Source of the DNA: an uncultured Chloroflexia bacterium
GTDB taxonomy: Bacteria; Chloroflexota; Limnocylindria; QHBO01
Assembly: GCA_963814375.1 (NCBI GenBank)
Contig: CAWFCQ010000005.1
Coordinates: forward strand, 128,304 to 192,303
Length of the DNA: 64,000 nucleotides
Reading direction: 5' to 3'
In this document: positions 31,505 through 44,097 of the stretch, in pieces
Position numbering within the stretch: the first letter of the stretch is position 1
How the letters are laid out: every line of letters starts with the position of its first letter
Position numbers and translations under genes: made by a program
Notes under the pieces: model-generated
What the model was told of the DNA's origin: nothing
The model's database searches: none
The model's input: only the letters and a program-made list of their open reading frames with translations

Positions 31505-32035
31505 TCAGTAGCTCAGGAGCGCGTGGATCTCGAACTCGCCGAGCTTGTCGCGCCCGCGGAGCGCGCTCAGCTCGACCATGAACGAGAGGCCAGCGATCTC
31601 GCCGCCGAGCCGCCGGACGAGCTCGATGGTGCCCATCACCGTCCCGCCGGTCGCCAGCAGGTCGTCGACGATGAGGACGCTCTGTCCGGGCTCGATCGCA
31701 TCGGCGTGGATCTCGAGGGTGGCGGTGCCGTACTCGAGCTCGTACTCGACCTCGATCGTCTCGGCCGGCAGCTTGCCGAGCTTCCGCACTGGCACGAAGC
31801 CGGCCCCGAGCTGGTAGGCGAGCGGCGCCGAGAAGATGAATCCACGCGACTCCATCCCGACCACGACGTCGACCGCCGTGCCGCGCACCTGCTCGGCCAT
31901 CCGGTCGATCACCTCGCGGAACGCCTCCGGCTGGCGGAGGAGCGTGGTGATGTCGTAGAAGCGGATCCCCGGCTTCGGGAAGTCGGGGACCTCGCGGATG
32001 AGCGCGCGCAGGTCGTCGACGCTGGAAACGGTCAC
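31505..32035 (-). CDS. apt: Adenine phosphoribosyltransferase
   Basis: 176 aa: [26 protein letters not shown] (PRPP motif). Confidence 0.93.
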   Translation of the reverse strand: MTVSSVDDLRALIREVPDFPKPGIRFYDITTLLRQPEAFREVIDRMAEQVRGTAVDVVVGMESRGFIFSAPLAYQLGAGFVPVRKLGKLPAETIEVEYELEYGTATLEIHADAIEPGQSVLIVDDLLATGGTVMGTIELVRRLGGEIAGLSFMVELSALRGRDKLGEFEIHALLSY

Positions 32036-32118
32036 GTTCGGGAGGCACTCCGGTGGGTGGAAGGCAAACGGCGCTCGGCGAGTCTAGACCGATGCCCCCG
32101 CGGGCGGCAATGCCGGGC

Positions 32119-34985
<2,867 letters not shown>

Positions 34986-35249
34986 GGTCGCCTCCTTTCG
35001 TCGCCGCACGGTGCCCAGCGGGGGCCGGTGCGACATCGGTCGAAGATCGGCGCCGGACGGGTGCGCCCGTCCCGGGTCGAGAAGTAGTCCCGATTATACC
35101 CTCGCGCTGCGCAGGAAACCTTGACGGTGAGCGACTGAATGACCCATCGTGCTCGGCGACAGGCGCGCCGCGCGCCGCCCGCTCGAAGGAACCGAACGAC
35201 ATGCAGGAAGACGAAGAACGATCTCAGACCGGCGGCGCGCAGCCGCCAG

Positions 35250-35975
35250 ATGAGCCATCAGCAGCCGGCCAGCCAGCCGGATGCCGGCGCCGCTGCGTCG
35301 GAGACCGCAGACTCGGCGTCGTCCGCCGAGCCGTGGGCGGCGAGCAGCTCATCGGCGTCAGCATCGATGGCCGACACGTCCGAGGCAGCCGACGACGCCG
35401 GGACCTCCGCCTCCTCCGCGGCCGCTGCCGAACCCGCAGCGGAAGCCGACTCGACGAGCTACGACGCAGCACCGGCCGCCGCCGCGGCTGCCGCGAGCAC
35501 GCCCCCACCCCCCACGACCGTGAGCTCGGCTCCGCCGGCAGAGTCCCAGGCGCCGCGCGCCACCACGACCTCGGCTCCGGCGGCCACGGGCGAGCGGCCG
35601 ATGGGCGTAACCGTCCTCGCGATCCTGGCGGCCATCGCCGGCGTGTTCGGGATCTTCGGCTCGGTGCTCCTGCTGGGCCTTGGTGGCGCGGCCGGCATCG
35701 CGACCGGCAGCGCCGCGTTCGGCGGCCTCGTGGGTCTCATCGGCGCCGTCGCGCTCATCGTCGCGGTCGCCTACCTCGTCTTCGCCTGGGGCGCCTGGGG
35801 CCTCAAGCCGTGGGCGTGGACGCTCGGCATCGGTATCGCGGCCGTCTCGATCGTGCTCGGCCTCTTCAACATCATCAACGGCGACTTCAGCTCGTTGATC
35901 AGCATCGCGATCGCCGGGGCGATCACGTACTACCTCTTCCAGCCGGACGTGCAGCGGGCCTTCGGTCGCGGCTGA
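35250..35975 (+). CDS. Hypothetical membrane protein with Ala/Ser/Pro-rich N-terminal region and 4 C-terminal TM segments
   Basis: C-terminal ...MGVTVLAILAAIAGVFGIFGSVLLLGLGG...WGLKPWAWTLGIGIAAVSIVLGLFNII...AIAGAITYYLF. Start uncertain: an alternative ATG at 35201 with GAAGGA upstream lies in another frame. Confidence 0.55.
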   Translation: MSHQQPASQPDAGAAASETADSASSAEPWAASSSSASASMADTSEAADDAGTSASSAAAAEPAAEADSTSYDAAPAAAAAAASTPPPPTTVSSAPPAESQAPRATTTSAPAATGERPMGVTVLAILAAIAGVFGIFGSVLLLGLGGAAGIATGSAAFGGLVGLIGAVALIVAVAYLVFAWGAWGLKPWAWTLGIGIAAVSIVLGLFNIINGDFSSLISIAIAGAITYYLFQPDVQRAFGRG

Positions 35976-35992
35976 CCGCCCTCTCGTCACCC

Positions 35993-36027
35993 GGGCCGGC
36001 AGGACACTCCTGCCGGCCCTTCGAGTT
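35993..36027. terminator. Bidirectional intrinsic terminator between convergent genes
   Basis: Perfect 11-bp stem GGGCCGGCAGG-ACACT-CCTGCCGGCCC followed by TTCGAGTTTCC. Lies between the membrane-protein stop (35975) and the mfd stop (36036). Confidence 0.7.
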
Positions 36028-36035
36028 TCCGCCGG

Positions 36036-39000
36036 CTACGCCGATTCCCGGCGATCTGTGAGCGCGGTGAGCGCGCGAAGCGCAACATCGATCGGGTCCG
36101 CGCCGCCCACGACCGGGATGCGCACCTGGTTCGACGCCGTCTCCGGCCGCAGCCCCGCGACCTGGAGCGCGACGCTCAGGCCATGCCGGTCGGGCAGCCG
36201 TCCGGCCCACTTCAACGTGACCTGGCGGTCCTCCGCACGGACCTCGGGCACGCCGGCCGCCTCGGCGGCGAGGCGAACGCGGACGGCGGTGAACAGCCCC
36301 TCGACCGGGGTGGGGACGGGATCCGTATCGGTCGCGAAGGTCGGTCCTCAGCGCTTCGGCGTCGGCGTCCGAGCGGAGGCCGGCGAACCGCCGATAGGAC
36401 TCGAGCTTGGCGCCTGAATCGGCAATGTAGTCGTCCGGCAGGTAGGCCGATCCGGGCAGGTCGAGCCGCACCGGCGCGGGCTCCGGCGCTGGGCGCTGCC
36501 CCCGGAGGGTGTCGACCGCCTCGGCCAGCAGCCGCGTGTACATCTCGAACCCGACCGCGGCCATGAAGCCGTGCTGCTCGGCGCCGAGGATGTTGCCGGC
36601 CCCGCGGATCTCGAGGTCGCTGAGGGCGATCTGGTAGCCGGCGCCGAGATCGGAGGCGGAGAAGATCGCATGCAGGCGCTTGCGGGCTACCGGCGAGAGC
36701 GGCATCCCGCGCCGATGGAGCAGGTAGGCGTGGGCGCGGCGGTCGGAGCGGCCGACCCGCCCGCGGAGCTGGTAGAGCTGGGCCAGGCCGAAGGTGTCGG
36801 CGCGAACGATCACGATGGTGTTCGCATTCGGGATGTCGAGCCCGGACTCGATGATCGTGGTGCACACCAGCACGTCGAACCGACCGTCGCTGAAGTCGAG
36901 CATCACCCGCTCGAGCATCCCCTCCGCCATCTGGCCGTGGCCGATGGCAATCCGTGCGGCGGGGACGAGACGCCGCACGCGCTCGGCGGCGGCCTCGATC
37001 GTCTCGACCCGGTTGTGGACGTAGAAGACCTGGCCGCCACGGTCGATCTCGCGGCTGATCGCATCGCGGACGAGGCCGTCGTCGTCCTCGGCGATCCGCG
37101 TCTGGATCGGCAGCCGCGCCTCCGGTGGTGTCTCGATGACCGACAGGTCGCGGATGCCGACGAGACTGAGATGGAGGGTGCGCGGGATCGGCGTGGCCGA
37201 GAGGGTCAGGACGTCGACCTCGCGCCGCATCGCCTTGATGCGCTCCTTGTGCGACACGCCGAAGCGCTGCTCCTCGTCGACCACGAGGAGCCCGAGATCC
37301 GCGAATGCGATGTCCTTCGAGAGGATCCGATGCGTCCCGATCAGGATGTCGACCGACCCCTCGGCCACCGCCGATGACGATGCCGTCCTGCTGCCGCTTC
37401 GGCACGAAGCGGCTGAGCATCGCGACCTCGACCGGGAAGGCCGCGAGCCGTCGCTGGAAGGTGAGCAGGTGCTGCTGCGCGAGCACGGTCGTCGGCACCA
37501 GGACCGCCACCTGCTTGCCGTCCTGGATCGCCTTGAAGGCGGCGCGCAGGGCGACCTCCGTCTTGCCGTAGCCGACGTCGCCCACCACCAGCCGATCCAT
37601 CGGGCGGCGGCGGAGCATGTCGGCCTTCACCTCCTCGATGCTGCGTGCCTGGTCCGGCGTCTCGGTGTACGGGAAGCTCTCCTCCAGCTCGCGCTGCCAA
37701 GTCGTGTCGCCAGTGAAGGCGAAGCCGGGCGCCGACTCGCGCGCCGCGTAGATCTCGATCAGCTCGCGCGCCAGGTCCCCGACCGCGCGACGGACGCGCC
37801 GCTTCGTCCGCTCCCACTCCGTGCCGCCGAGCTTGCTCAGCCCAGGAGCCGGACCGCCGGCGTAGCGGGTGATGCGCCCGATCTGGTCGGCGGGCAGGAA
37901 GATCTTGTCCGTCCCGGCGAAGTCGAGCTGGAGGTACTCCTTGACGTCGCTGCCGAACGTCCGCTGCGTCATCCCGGCGTACCGGGCAATGCCATGGTCG
38001 ACATGAACGACGTGGTCGCCGGGCGCCAGCTTGCCGATGAGGTCGCGCGTGACGACGCGCTTCCCGCCGGTCAGGCGGCGCACCCGCGTCGCTCCGAACA
38101 GCTCATGGTCGGTGAGCACCAGCAGCCCGCTCGGCTCGTGCGCGAATCCGCCGGTCAACGAGCCGTGGACGAGGCCGATCTGGCCTTCATCCGGCGCCTG
38201 GCGCAGCTCGGCCGTTGGGCCGACGGGCTTGCCCGCTTCCTCGAGCAGCTCCCCCACCCGGCTGGCCTGGTCGGTGGTCACGACCACGCGGCGGCCCGCC
38301 GCGGCGAGCTCGGCCAGCCACGCGCCCGCCCGATCGGCGCGTCCCGGCAGCGGCGGCGCGGGTGCGTAGCCGATCGAGGATTCCACCTGCTCCTCCAGCG
38401 ACTCGGCGGCGCGATCGATCAGCGCGTCGAGCGTCGAGCGGGCCTCGTACGGCAGCGGCCAGTCGGGCGGAAGCTCGCCCGCGCGCGACAGGCCGGCGCG
38501 ACGATCGGCCGCCTGCCCGTCGAGGTCCGCGGCGAGGGACCGCAGCTCCTCCCGGTCGGTCAGGACGAGATGCGCCGTCGCGCCGATGTGGTCGGCGGCC
38601 GGTCCGGCGGTCAGCAGCGCTGCCCATGTCTCTGCCGACTCACCGATGTCTCCCTGGGCAAGTCGGGAGGCATCCTCGCGCAGGAGGTCGGTCGAGAGGT
38701 GCGCGCTGGTGGTCATCGCCTCCCAGCCGGACTCCGGCAGGAACTCGGATGCGGGAGCAAGGTCCACGCCCTCGAGGCGCCGCCGCGATCCCTGGGTCAT
38801 CGCGTCGAAGCTGCGAATCGATTCGACCTCGTCGCCGAAGAGCTCGATGCGCACCGGGTCGGAGGCGCCGGGCGGCCAGGCGTCGATCAGCCCGCCGCGA
38901 TGCGCGAACTCGCCGATGCCGGTCACCTCGACGCTCGGCTCGTAGCCGCCGGCCACGAGCCGCTCGAGAAGGTCGTGCTGGGCAGTCCGTTCGCCCACCC

Positions 39001-39427
39001 GAACCGAGGTGCGGGCCGCGCTCAGCTGGTCAGGGCCAAGCGTCCGCTGCGCCCACGCCAGCAGCGAGCCCACGACGACGAGCCCATGTGGCGATGCACC
39101 CAGCTCGGCCAGGACCGATAGCCGCTCTGCCGACTCGTCATGCTCCGGCAGCGCCCGCTCGAGCGGCAGCGCGGCCCGCTCGGGAAGGATGCGGAGGTGC
39201 GCTCCGCCCGTCCACGCCACGAGGTCGTCCGCCAGGCGATGCGCCTCCTCATCGGTCCGTGCCACAACGACGAACGACCGCGTCCGGGCCACCGACGCCC
39301 GGCGCGACGCGATGTGCGCGGCTCGCGCCGCGGCGGGCACACGAAGGACGCCCGATTCCGGCAGATGGGGCCGAAGGGCGTCGACGAGCGCTGCAACACG
39401 GCGATCACCGCCGCGTGAGGAGGGCAT
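36036..39427 (-). CDS. mfd: Transcription-repair coupling factor; two +1-nt frame disruptions (about 37371, 36319)
   Basis: Three ORF pieces join: ...DRLVVGDVGYGKTEVALRAAF (Walker A)...VPKRQQDGIVIG|VAEGSVDILIGTHRIL...LLVVDEEQRFGV (DEEQ)...TATPIPRTL...LRTDLRDRYGS|VPTPVEGLFTAVRVRLAAEAAGVPEVRAEDRQVTLKW... Total length is 3n+2. Confidence 0.88.
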
Positions 39428-39439
39428 GCCGGAGCAATG

Positions 39440-40018
39440 CTAGCCGTCGAGCTCGAACCCGTTGAACGCGTTCATCGCGGCCTCGATGCCTTCGGCGAGC
39501 CACCGCTCGGCGGCGTCGGCGCCGACCTGGACCATCTCGGTCGCAGAGTCACGCTCGTCGGGACGGAATGTCGCGAGCACGTGGCGCGCCGCGGTGCCCG
39601 AACGGCCGACGCCGATCCGCAGCCGGCTGAACTCGTCGGTCCCGAAGGCCTCGATGATCGAGCGAAGGCCATTGTGGCCGCCGGCAGAGCCGGAGCGGCG
39701 GAGCCGAATGCGGCCGAGCGGCAGGTCGATATCGTCGGCCACCACCAGCAGGTCGCTGGTGACCTCGACATCGGTCTGGCGCAGGGCGGCACGGAGCGGC
39801 CCGCCGGACAGGTTCATGAATCGCTGCGGCTTGACCAGCAGCACGCGACCCGTGGGCTCCGGCCGTCGTGCGTCGAGCAGCGCGGCGCCGTCGCGGATGA
39901 GGCCCTGCCCGGTCAGCCCCCATCGGTCGGCGAGCAGGTCGACGACCCTGAAGCCGACGTTGTGGCGCGTGAGCCGGAAGCGCTCGCCAGGGTTGCCGAG
40001 CCCGCAGATCACCTTCAT
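39440..40018 (-). CDS. pth: Peptidyl-tRNA hydrolase
   Basis: MKVICGLGNPG...TRHNVGF..., GGHNGLRSI. Confidence 0.93.
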   Translation of the reverse strand: MKVICGLGNPGERFRLTRHNVGFRVVDLLADRWGLTGQGLIRDGAALLDARRPEPTGRVLLVKPQRFMNLSGGPLRAALRQTDVEVTSDLLVVADDIDLPLGRIRLRRSGSAGGHNGLRSIIEAFGTDEFSRLRIGVGRSGTAARHVLATFRPDERDSATEMVQVGADAAERWLAEGIEAAMNAFNGFELDG

Positions 40019-40058
40019 GCGCGCCCGATGCTACCGGGCCGCTTCCTGCGCCGATGCG

Positions 40059-40610
40059 TCAGGCGCGCTCGTACGCCTCCCGCAGCCACCCCAGCAGCTC
40101 GGCATCCAGCTCGCCGGCGTCGTCGATCCGGACCCGATGCGTGGCCATCCCGCTCGTCGGCCTCAGGCGGTCGGTGCCCGGATGCCCCGGCAGGTTGACG
40201 CCTACTTCGAGCTGGCCCGCCGCCGGCCCGACCTGGCCGAACTGCTTCCGCCGACGCAGGCTGACGTAGGTCTTCTTCGGCGCGAGCTCGATGTCGTCTC
40301 CGAACGTGCCGACCGCCGTCACCACGGCGTCGTACGCCGGGCGCAGATGGGCGTGCCGGCCGGTGTAGTGGCTGGCGATGAGCTCGTCCTCGGTGGCCGC
40401 GCCGCCGGCGGCGGCCTCACGCGCCTTGATGACGATGAGGTTGGCGTTGCCATGCCCGAGCCCATGCTCGGTCTTCAGCATCGCCACCGCCTCACCGTGC
40501 TTCTCGATCCCCGACGCGCGGACGATGTCGATCCACTCGGCCAGCGATCGTCCGCTGCTTCGTTCGATGTTCGCGATCTGGTTGTTCATCTGATCGTCGA
40601 TCGTCGGCAT
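40059..40610 (-). CDS. DUF4287 / DUF5655 two-domain protein
   Basis: N-terminal ...NIERSSGRSLAEWIDIV...KHGEAVAMLKTEHGLGHGNANLI, C-terminal ...LAPKKTYVSLRRRKQF...HRVRIDDAGELDAELLGWLREAY. Family recognised by pattern only. Confidence 0.6.
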   Translation of the reverse strand: MPTIDDQMNNQIANIERSSGRSLAEWIDIVRASGIEKHGEAVAMLKTEHGLGHGNANLIVIKAREAAAGGAATEDELIASHYTGRHAHLRPAYDAVVTAVGTFGDDIELAPKKTYVSLRRRKQFGQVGPAAGQLEVGVNLPGHPGTDRLRPTSGMATHRVRIDDAGELDAELLGWLREAYERA

Positions 40611-40692
40611 GTTGCCTCCCTCTGCTTCGGCCGAGCCATGCGCGCTCGTGTGAGGGCGACGACCGGGGCTGCGCCGCCATCGACAAATCTCG

Positions 40693-41886
40693 TTGGCGAC
40701 TATCCTCCGCCGCGTGCAGCCTCGACATCATGCCCCGCCGACCGCTGACGTCGTGGTCATCGGTGGCGGCATCATCGGCTGCTCGGCGGCGGCGATCATG
40801 GCCGACCGCGGTGCGCGCGTCGTTGTCGTCGAGCGCACCGCCATCGGCGCCGGTGCGTCGGGCCGCAACCTTGGCGCGATCCAGCATCCCTTCGACCCCG
40901 TGCTGGCGGGCCTCTACGTCGAAAGCCTTGCCCGCTACCAGGCGCTGGCCGGGATCACCTCGACCGACTTCTCGATCGATCCGACGCCAGCAGGGCTCCT
41001 GCTGCTCGATGGCTCGCCGGAGGCCGCCGCGGCGCAGGCGGATCGCATCGGCGCTGCCTTCCCCGAGCTTGAGCCCGAGCTCCTCTCGGCCGATGAGGTC
41101 CAGCGGCTCGAACCGCTCCTCGCCCACGGACCGTCGGGGATCCGGCTCGCCACCGGCTACCCCGTGCCACCGGCCGCGGCAACCGCGGCGTGGGCAACGC
41201 TCGCCGACGAGCGTGGCGCGGCGTTCGTCGTCGGATCGGAGGCGCGCCCACGGATCGAGGGGGAGCGGGTGGTGGGCGTCGAGCTCGGCAACGGTGAGGC
41301 GGTCGACGCGCCCGCGGTGCTCGTGGCGGCCGGCCCGTGGACGCCCGCGCTGGTTGATCCGTCCGGCGCATGGCAACCGATACGCTCGACCTGGGGTGTG
41401 ACGCTCCAGCTGCGTCTCGACGGCGCTGCGCCGCGCCACATCATCGAGGAGGACGAGGTCGACGGGGTGAACCGGGCGGCCGCCGCAACCGCCCGCGCCG
41501 CCGAGGCAGAGGCCGCCGCAGAGGAGCCGCCGTCGCTGTTCACCCTGGCCAGCGCGGGCGGGATCAGCACGCTGGGCTCGACGTTCCTGGCCACGGAGCC
41601 AGACCCGACCGTGATCGAGCCGATCCTGCTTCGCCGCGCCATGGCGTTCCTGCCCTCGATCCGCGAGGCGACGCTGGTCGGCAGCCGCGTCTGCGCCCGA
41701 CCGCAGTCGGTCGACGGGCGGCCGTTCATCGGTGCGGTGCCGATGGCCGACGGGCTGTACGTGTGTGCCGGCCACGGCCCTTGGGGCATCAGCACAGGCC
41801 CGGCGTCGGCGGCGATGGCCGCCCGCGCGGTCCTCGACGAGACCCGTCCGCCGCCGGAGCTGGCAGCCTCGCGCACCGTCACCTAG
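40693..41886 (+). CDS. FAD-dependent oxidoreductase (DAO / glycine-oxidase-like family)
   Basis: DVVVIGGGIIGCSAAAIMADRGARVVVVE (dinucleotide-binding), GASGRNLG, C-terminal ...GHGPWGIS. Start uncertain (TTG 40693 or GTG 40714). Confidence 0.7.
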   Translation: MATILRRVQPRHHAPPTADVVVIGGGIIGCSAAAIMADRGARVVVVERTAIGAGASGRNLGAIQHPFDPVLAGLYVESLARYQALAGITSTDFSIDPTPAGLLLLDGSPEAAAAQADRIGAAFPELEPELLSADEVQRLEPLLAHGPSGIRLATGYPVPPAAATAAWATLADERGAAFVVGSEARPRIEGERVVGVELGNGEAVDAPAVLVAAGPWTPALVDPSGAWQPIRSTWGVTLQLRLDGAAPRHIIEEDEVDGVNRAAAATARAAEAEAAAEEPPSLFTLASAGGISTLGSTFLATEPDPTVIEPILLRRAMAFLPSIREATLVGSRVCARPQSVDGRPFIGAVPMADGLYVCAGHGPWGISTGPASAAMAARAVLDETRPPPELAASRTVT

Positions 41887-42031
41887 CTACGGTCTGCGCC
41901 TGCCCCGCTGCAGTTGTGCAATCTGCATAGTGGTCGGCGACGACCATCCGGGTTGATGGGGCTGTATCGGCGCGAATCGGCTCTTAGGCTACCTGCACAA
42001 GCGAACCCATCACGCGCAGGAGCCCAACACG

Positions 42032-43264
42032 ATGTCCGAGATCAGCGCCGGCGACACTGCCTGGGTCCTGATGAGCGCCGCGCTCGTCATGCTCATGACC
42101 CCCGGCCTCGCCCTCTTCTACGGCGGGCTCGTGCGCCGCAAGAACGTGCTCTCCACGATCATGCACAGCTTCTTCATCCTCGGGCTCGTCAGCGTCACCT
42201 GGGTGCTGTGGGGCTACACGCTCGCGTTCGGCCCGGACACCGGGCTCGGCCTCATCGGCGGGTTCGAGTGGCTGGCGCTCGAGGGCGTCACCGGCGAGCC
42301 GTCCTCCGTCTACGCCACGACGGTCCCCCACCTCGCCTTCATGGCGTTCCAGATGATGTTCGCGATCATCACGCCGGCCCTCATCACCGGCGCCTTCGCC
42401 GAGCGCAAGCGCTTCAAGGCCTTCGTCATCTTCGCCGTCGCCTGGTCGACGCTGGTGTACGCGCCGATCGCCCACTGGGTCTGGTCGCCTGACGGCTGGC
42501 TCTTCGATCTCGGCGTGCTCGACTTCGCCGGCGGCACCGTCGTCCACCTGTCGAGCGGCGTCGCGGCGCTGGTGGCCGCGCTGTTCATCGGCCGCCGGTC
42601 CGGCCTGATCGAGCCCGCCACCGAGCCGCACGACGTGCCGATGACGATCCTCGGCGCCGGGCTGCTGTGGTTCGGCTGGTTCGGCTTCAACGCCGGCTCG
42701 GCGCTCGGCGCGAACGGGCTCGCCGCCACCGCCTTCGTCACCACCAACACCGCCGCCGCCATGGCCGCCATCACCTGGGTCACCCTGTCGTGGCTCCACC
42801 GCGGCACGCCGTCGGTGGTCGGTGCGGCGATCGGCGCCGTCGCCGGCCTGGTTGCCATCACGCCGGCCGCCGGCTACGTCTCGCCCGCCGCCTCGGTGAT
42901 CATCGGCTTCGGGGTCGGGGCCGCGTGCTACGGCGCATCCCTGCTCCGGCTGCGCTCGCGCGTCGACGACGCCCTCGACGTCTTCTCCATCCACGGCGTG
43001 GGAGGCGCGCTCGGCGCCCTCGCGACCGGCATCTTCGCGACGACCGCCATCAACGCGGCCGGCGTCGACGGCCTCCTCGCCGGCAATCCGTCCCAGCTGC
43101 TCACCCAGGCGTTCGGCGTCGCCGTCGTCGGGGCCTACTCCGCGGTCGCGACCGCCGGGATCCTGTTCGTCGTCAACCTCGTCACGCCGATCCGCGTCGC
43201 CGGCGACGTCGAGGAGACCGGCCTGGACCTCGCCCAGCACGGCGAGATCGCCTACCAGCCCTGA
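42032..43264 (+). CDS. amtB: Ammonium transporter
   Basis: 410 aa: DTAWVLMSAALVMLMTPGLALFYGG, DFAGGTVVHLSSG, LLWFGWFGFNAGS, VHGVGGALGAL. Confidence 0.93.
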   Translation: MSEISAGDTAWVLMSAALVMLMTPGLALFYGGLVRRKNVLSTIMHSFFILGLVSVTWVLWGYTLAFGPDTGLGLIGGFEWLALEGVTGEPSSVYATTVPHLAFMAFQMMFAIITPALITGAFAERKRFKAFVIFAVAWSTLVYAPIAHWVWSPDGWLFDLGVLDFAGGTVVHLSSGVAALVAALFIGRRSGLIEPATEPHDVPMTILGAGLLWFGWFGFNAGSALGANGLAATAFVTTNTAAAMAAITWVTLSWLHRGTPSVVGAAIGAVAGLVAITPAAGYVSPAASVIIGFGVGAACYGASLLRLRSRVDDALDVFSIHGVGGALGALATGIFATTAINAAGVDGLLAGNPSQLLTQAFGVAVVGAYSAVATAGILFVVNLVTPIRVAGDVEETGLDLAQHGEIAYQP

Positions 43265-43290
43265 TCCGTACTCCAGAGGAGAACGAACCG

Positions 43291-43431
43291 ATGGTCATCG
43301 CCGCACTCATCTGCTTCGCAACACTGCTGATCGCATGGATCCTCGCTCCGGAGGAGCGGGCGTCGTCCCGCCCGGTGGCGACGATCGAGGCGGAGCCCGT
43401 CGAGGCCGAGTCGCTTCCCGTCGCCGCCTGA
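43291..43431 (+). CDS. Possible small membrane peptide (46 aa) downstream of amtB
   Basis: ATG 43291 preceded by AGAGGAGAA at the correct spacing. MVIAALICFATLLIAWILAP (one TM segment) followed by an acidic tail. No homology assessable. Confidence 0.35.
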   Translation: MVIAALICFATLLIAWILAPEERASSRPVATIEAEPVEAESLPVAA

Positions 43432-43438
43432 GAAGCGG

Positions 43439-44029
43439 TCAGCTGCCGGTCGTCACCGCGTGGCCGGCGCGATCGAAGAGCGAACCGGGCTGCCATGCGA
43501 TATCGCGGTGGCGCCGGTGCAGGATGCCGAGCACCTGGTGCTCGAGCGATCGCATGCGCTCCTCCTCGTCGATCTCGGCATGATCGTGCCCGAGAAGGTG
43601 GAGCGTCCCGTGGATCGCGAGCAGGACGAGCTCCTCGGTGACGCCCCAGTCGCCCTCGGCCGCCTGACGCAGCGCCTGATCGAGGTCGATCACCACGTCA
43701 CCGAGGAGAAGCGGTCCGGGTGGGGAGACGCCGTCGTCATCGGTCAGGTGGCTGAGCCGGTCGCCGTCGAGGGACCACTCGTGGAGCGGGAAGGAGAGGA
43801 CGTCGGTCGGCCCGCGCTCGCCCATGTGGTCGAAGTTGAGCCGCTCCATCTCGGCGTCGGCGGCGATGGTCAGCTCGACCTCGCTCGCAACCTTGCCGAG
43901 GGCGGTGTGCACCGTCTCGCAGACGGCTGACTCGAGCAGCGCCACCGCGACGTCGACCTCCAGGGGCTCGACCGCCTGCCCGATGCGATCGCGACCGATC
44001 CGATCATGGAGGGTGACACTGCAGACCAT
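43439..44029 (-). CDS. ybeY: rRNA maturation endoribonuclease YbeY
   Basis: Inner ATG 44029. PTDVLSFP and HGTLHLLGHDH metal-binding motif. Confidence 0.88.
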   Translation of the reverse strand: MVCSVTLHDRIGRDRIGQAVEPLEVDVAVALLESAVCETVHTALGKVASEVELTIAADAEMERLNFDHMGERGPTDVLSFPLHEWSLDGDRLSHLTDDDGVSPPGPLLLGDVVIDLDQALRQAAEGDWGVTEELVLLAIHGTLHLLGHDHAEIDEEERMRSLEHQVLGILHRRHRDIAWQPGSLFDRAGHAVTTGS

Positions 44030-44097
44030 GAGACGCCCATCGTAGTCTCCCGATGCGCGGCGGCTCAAGGTCCAGCCCGATCCGCCATATTGGATCG

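Noticed and set aside
35201-35260. Alternative start MQEDEERSQTGGAQPPDEPSAAGQPAG for the membrane protein at 35250..35975, implying another frameshift
   Set aside because: Plausible (GAAGGA upstream, natural-looking acidic peptide), but both frames are low-complexity here and an in-frame ATG at 35250 exists. There is not enough evidence to claim a disruption.
41887-42031. Possible GlnR/NtcA-type nitrogen-regulator site upstream of amtB
   Set aside because: Only loose resemblances (GTATC-N5-GAATC, GCTAC...GCGAAC). Spacing does not match the GTnAC-N6-GAAAC or GTA-N8-TAC consensus. It cannot be supported by eye.
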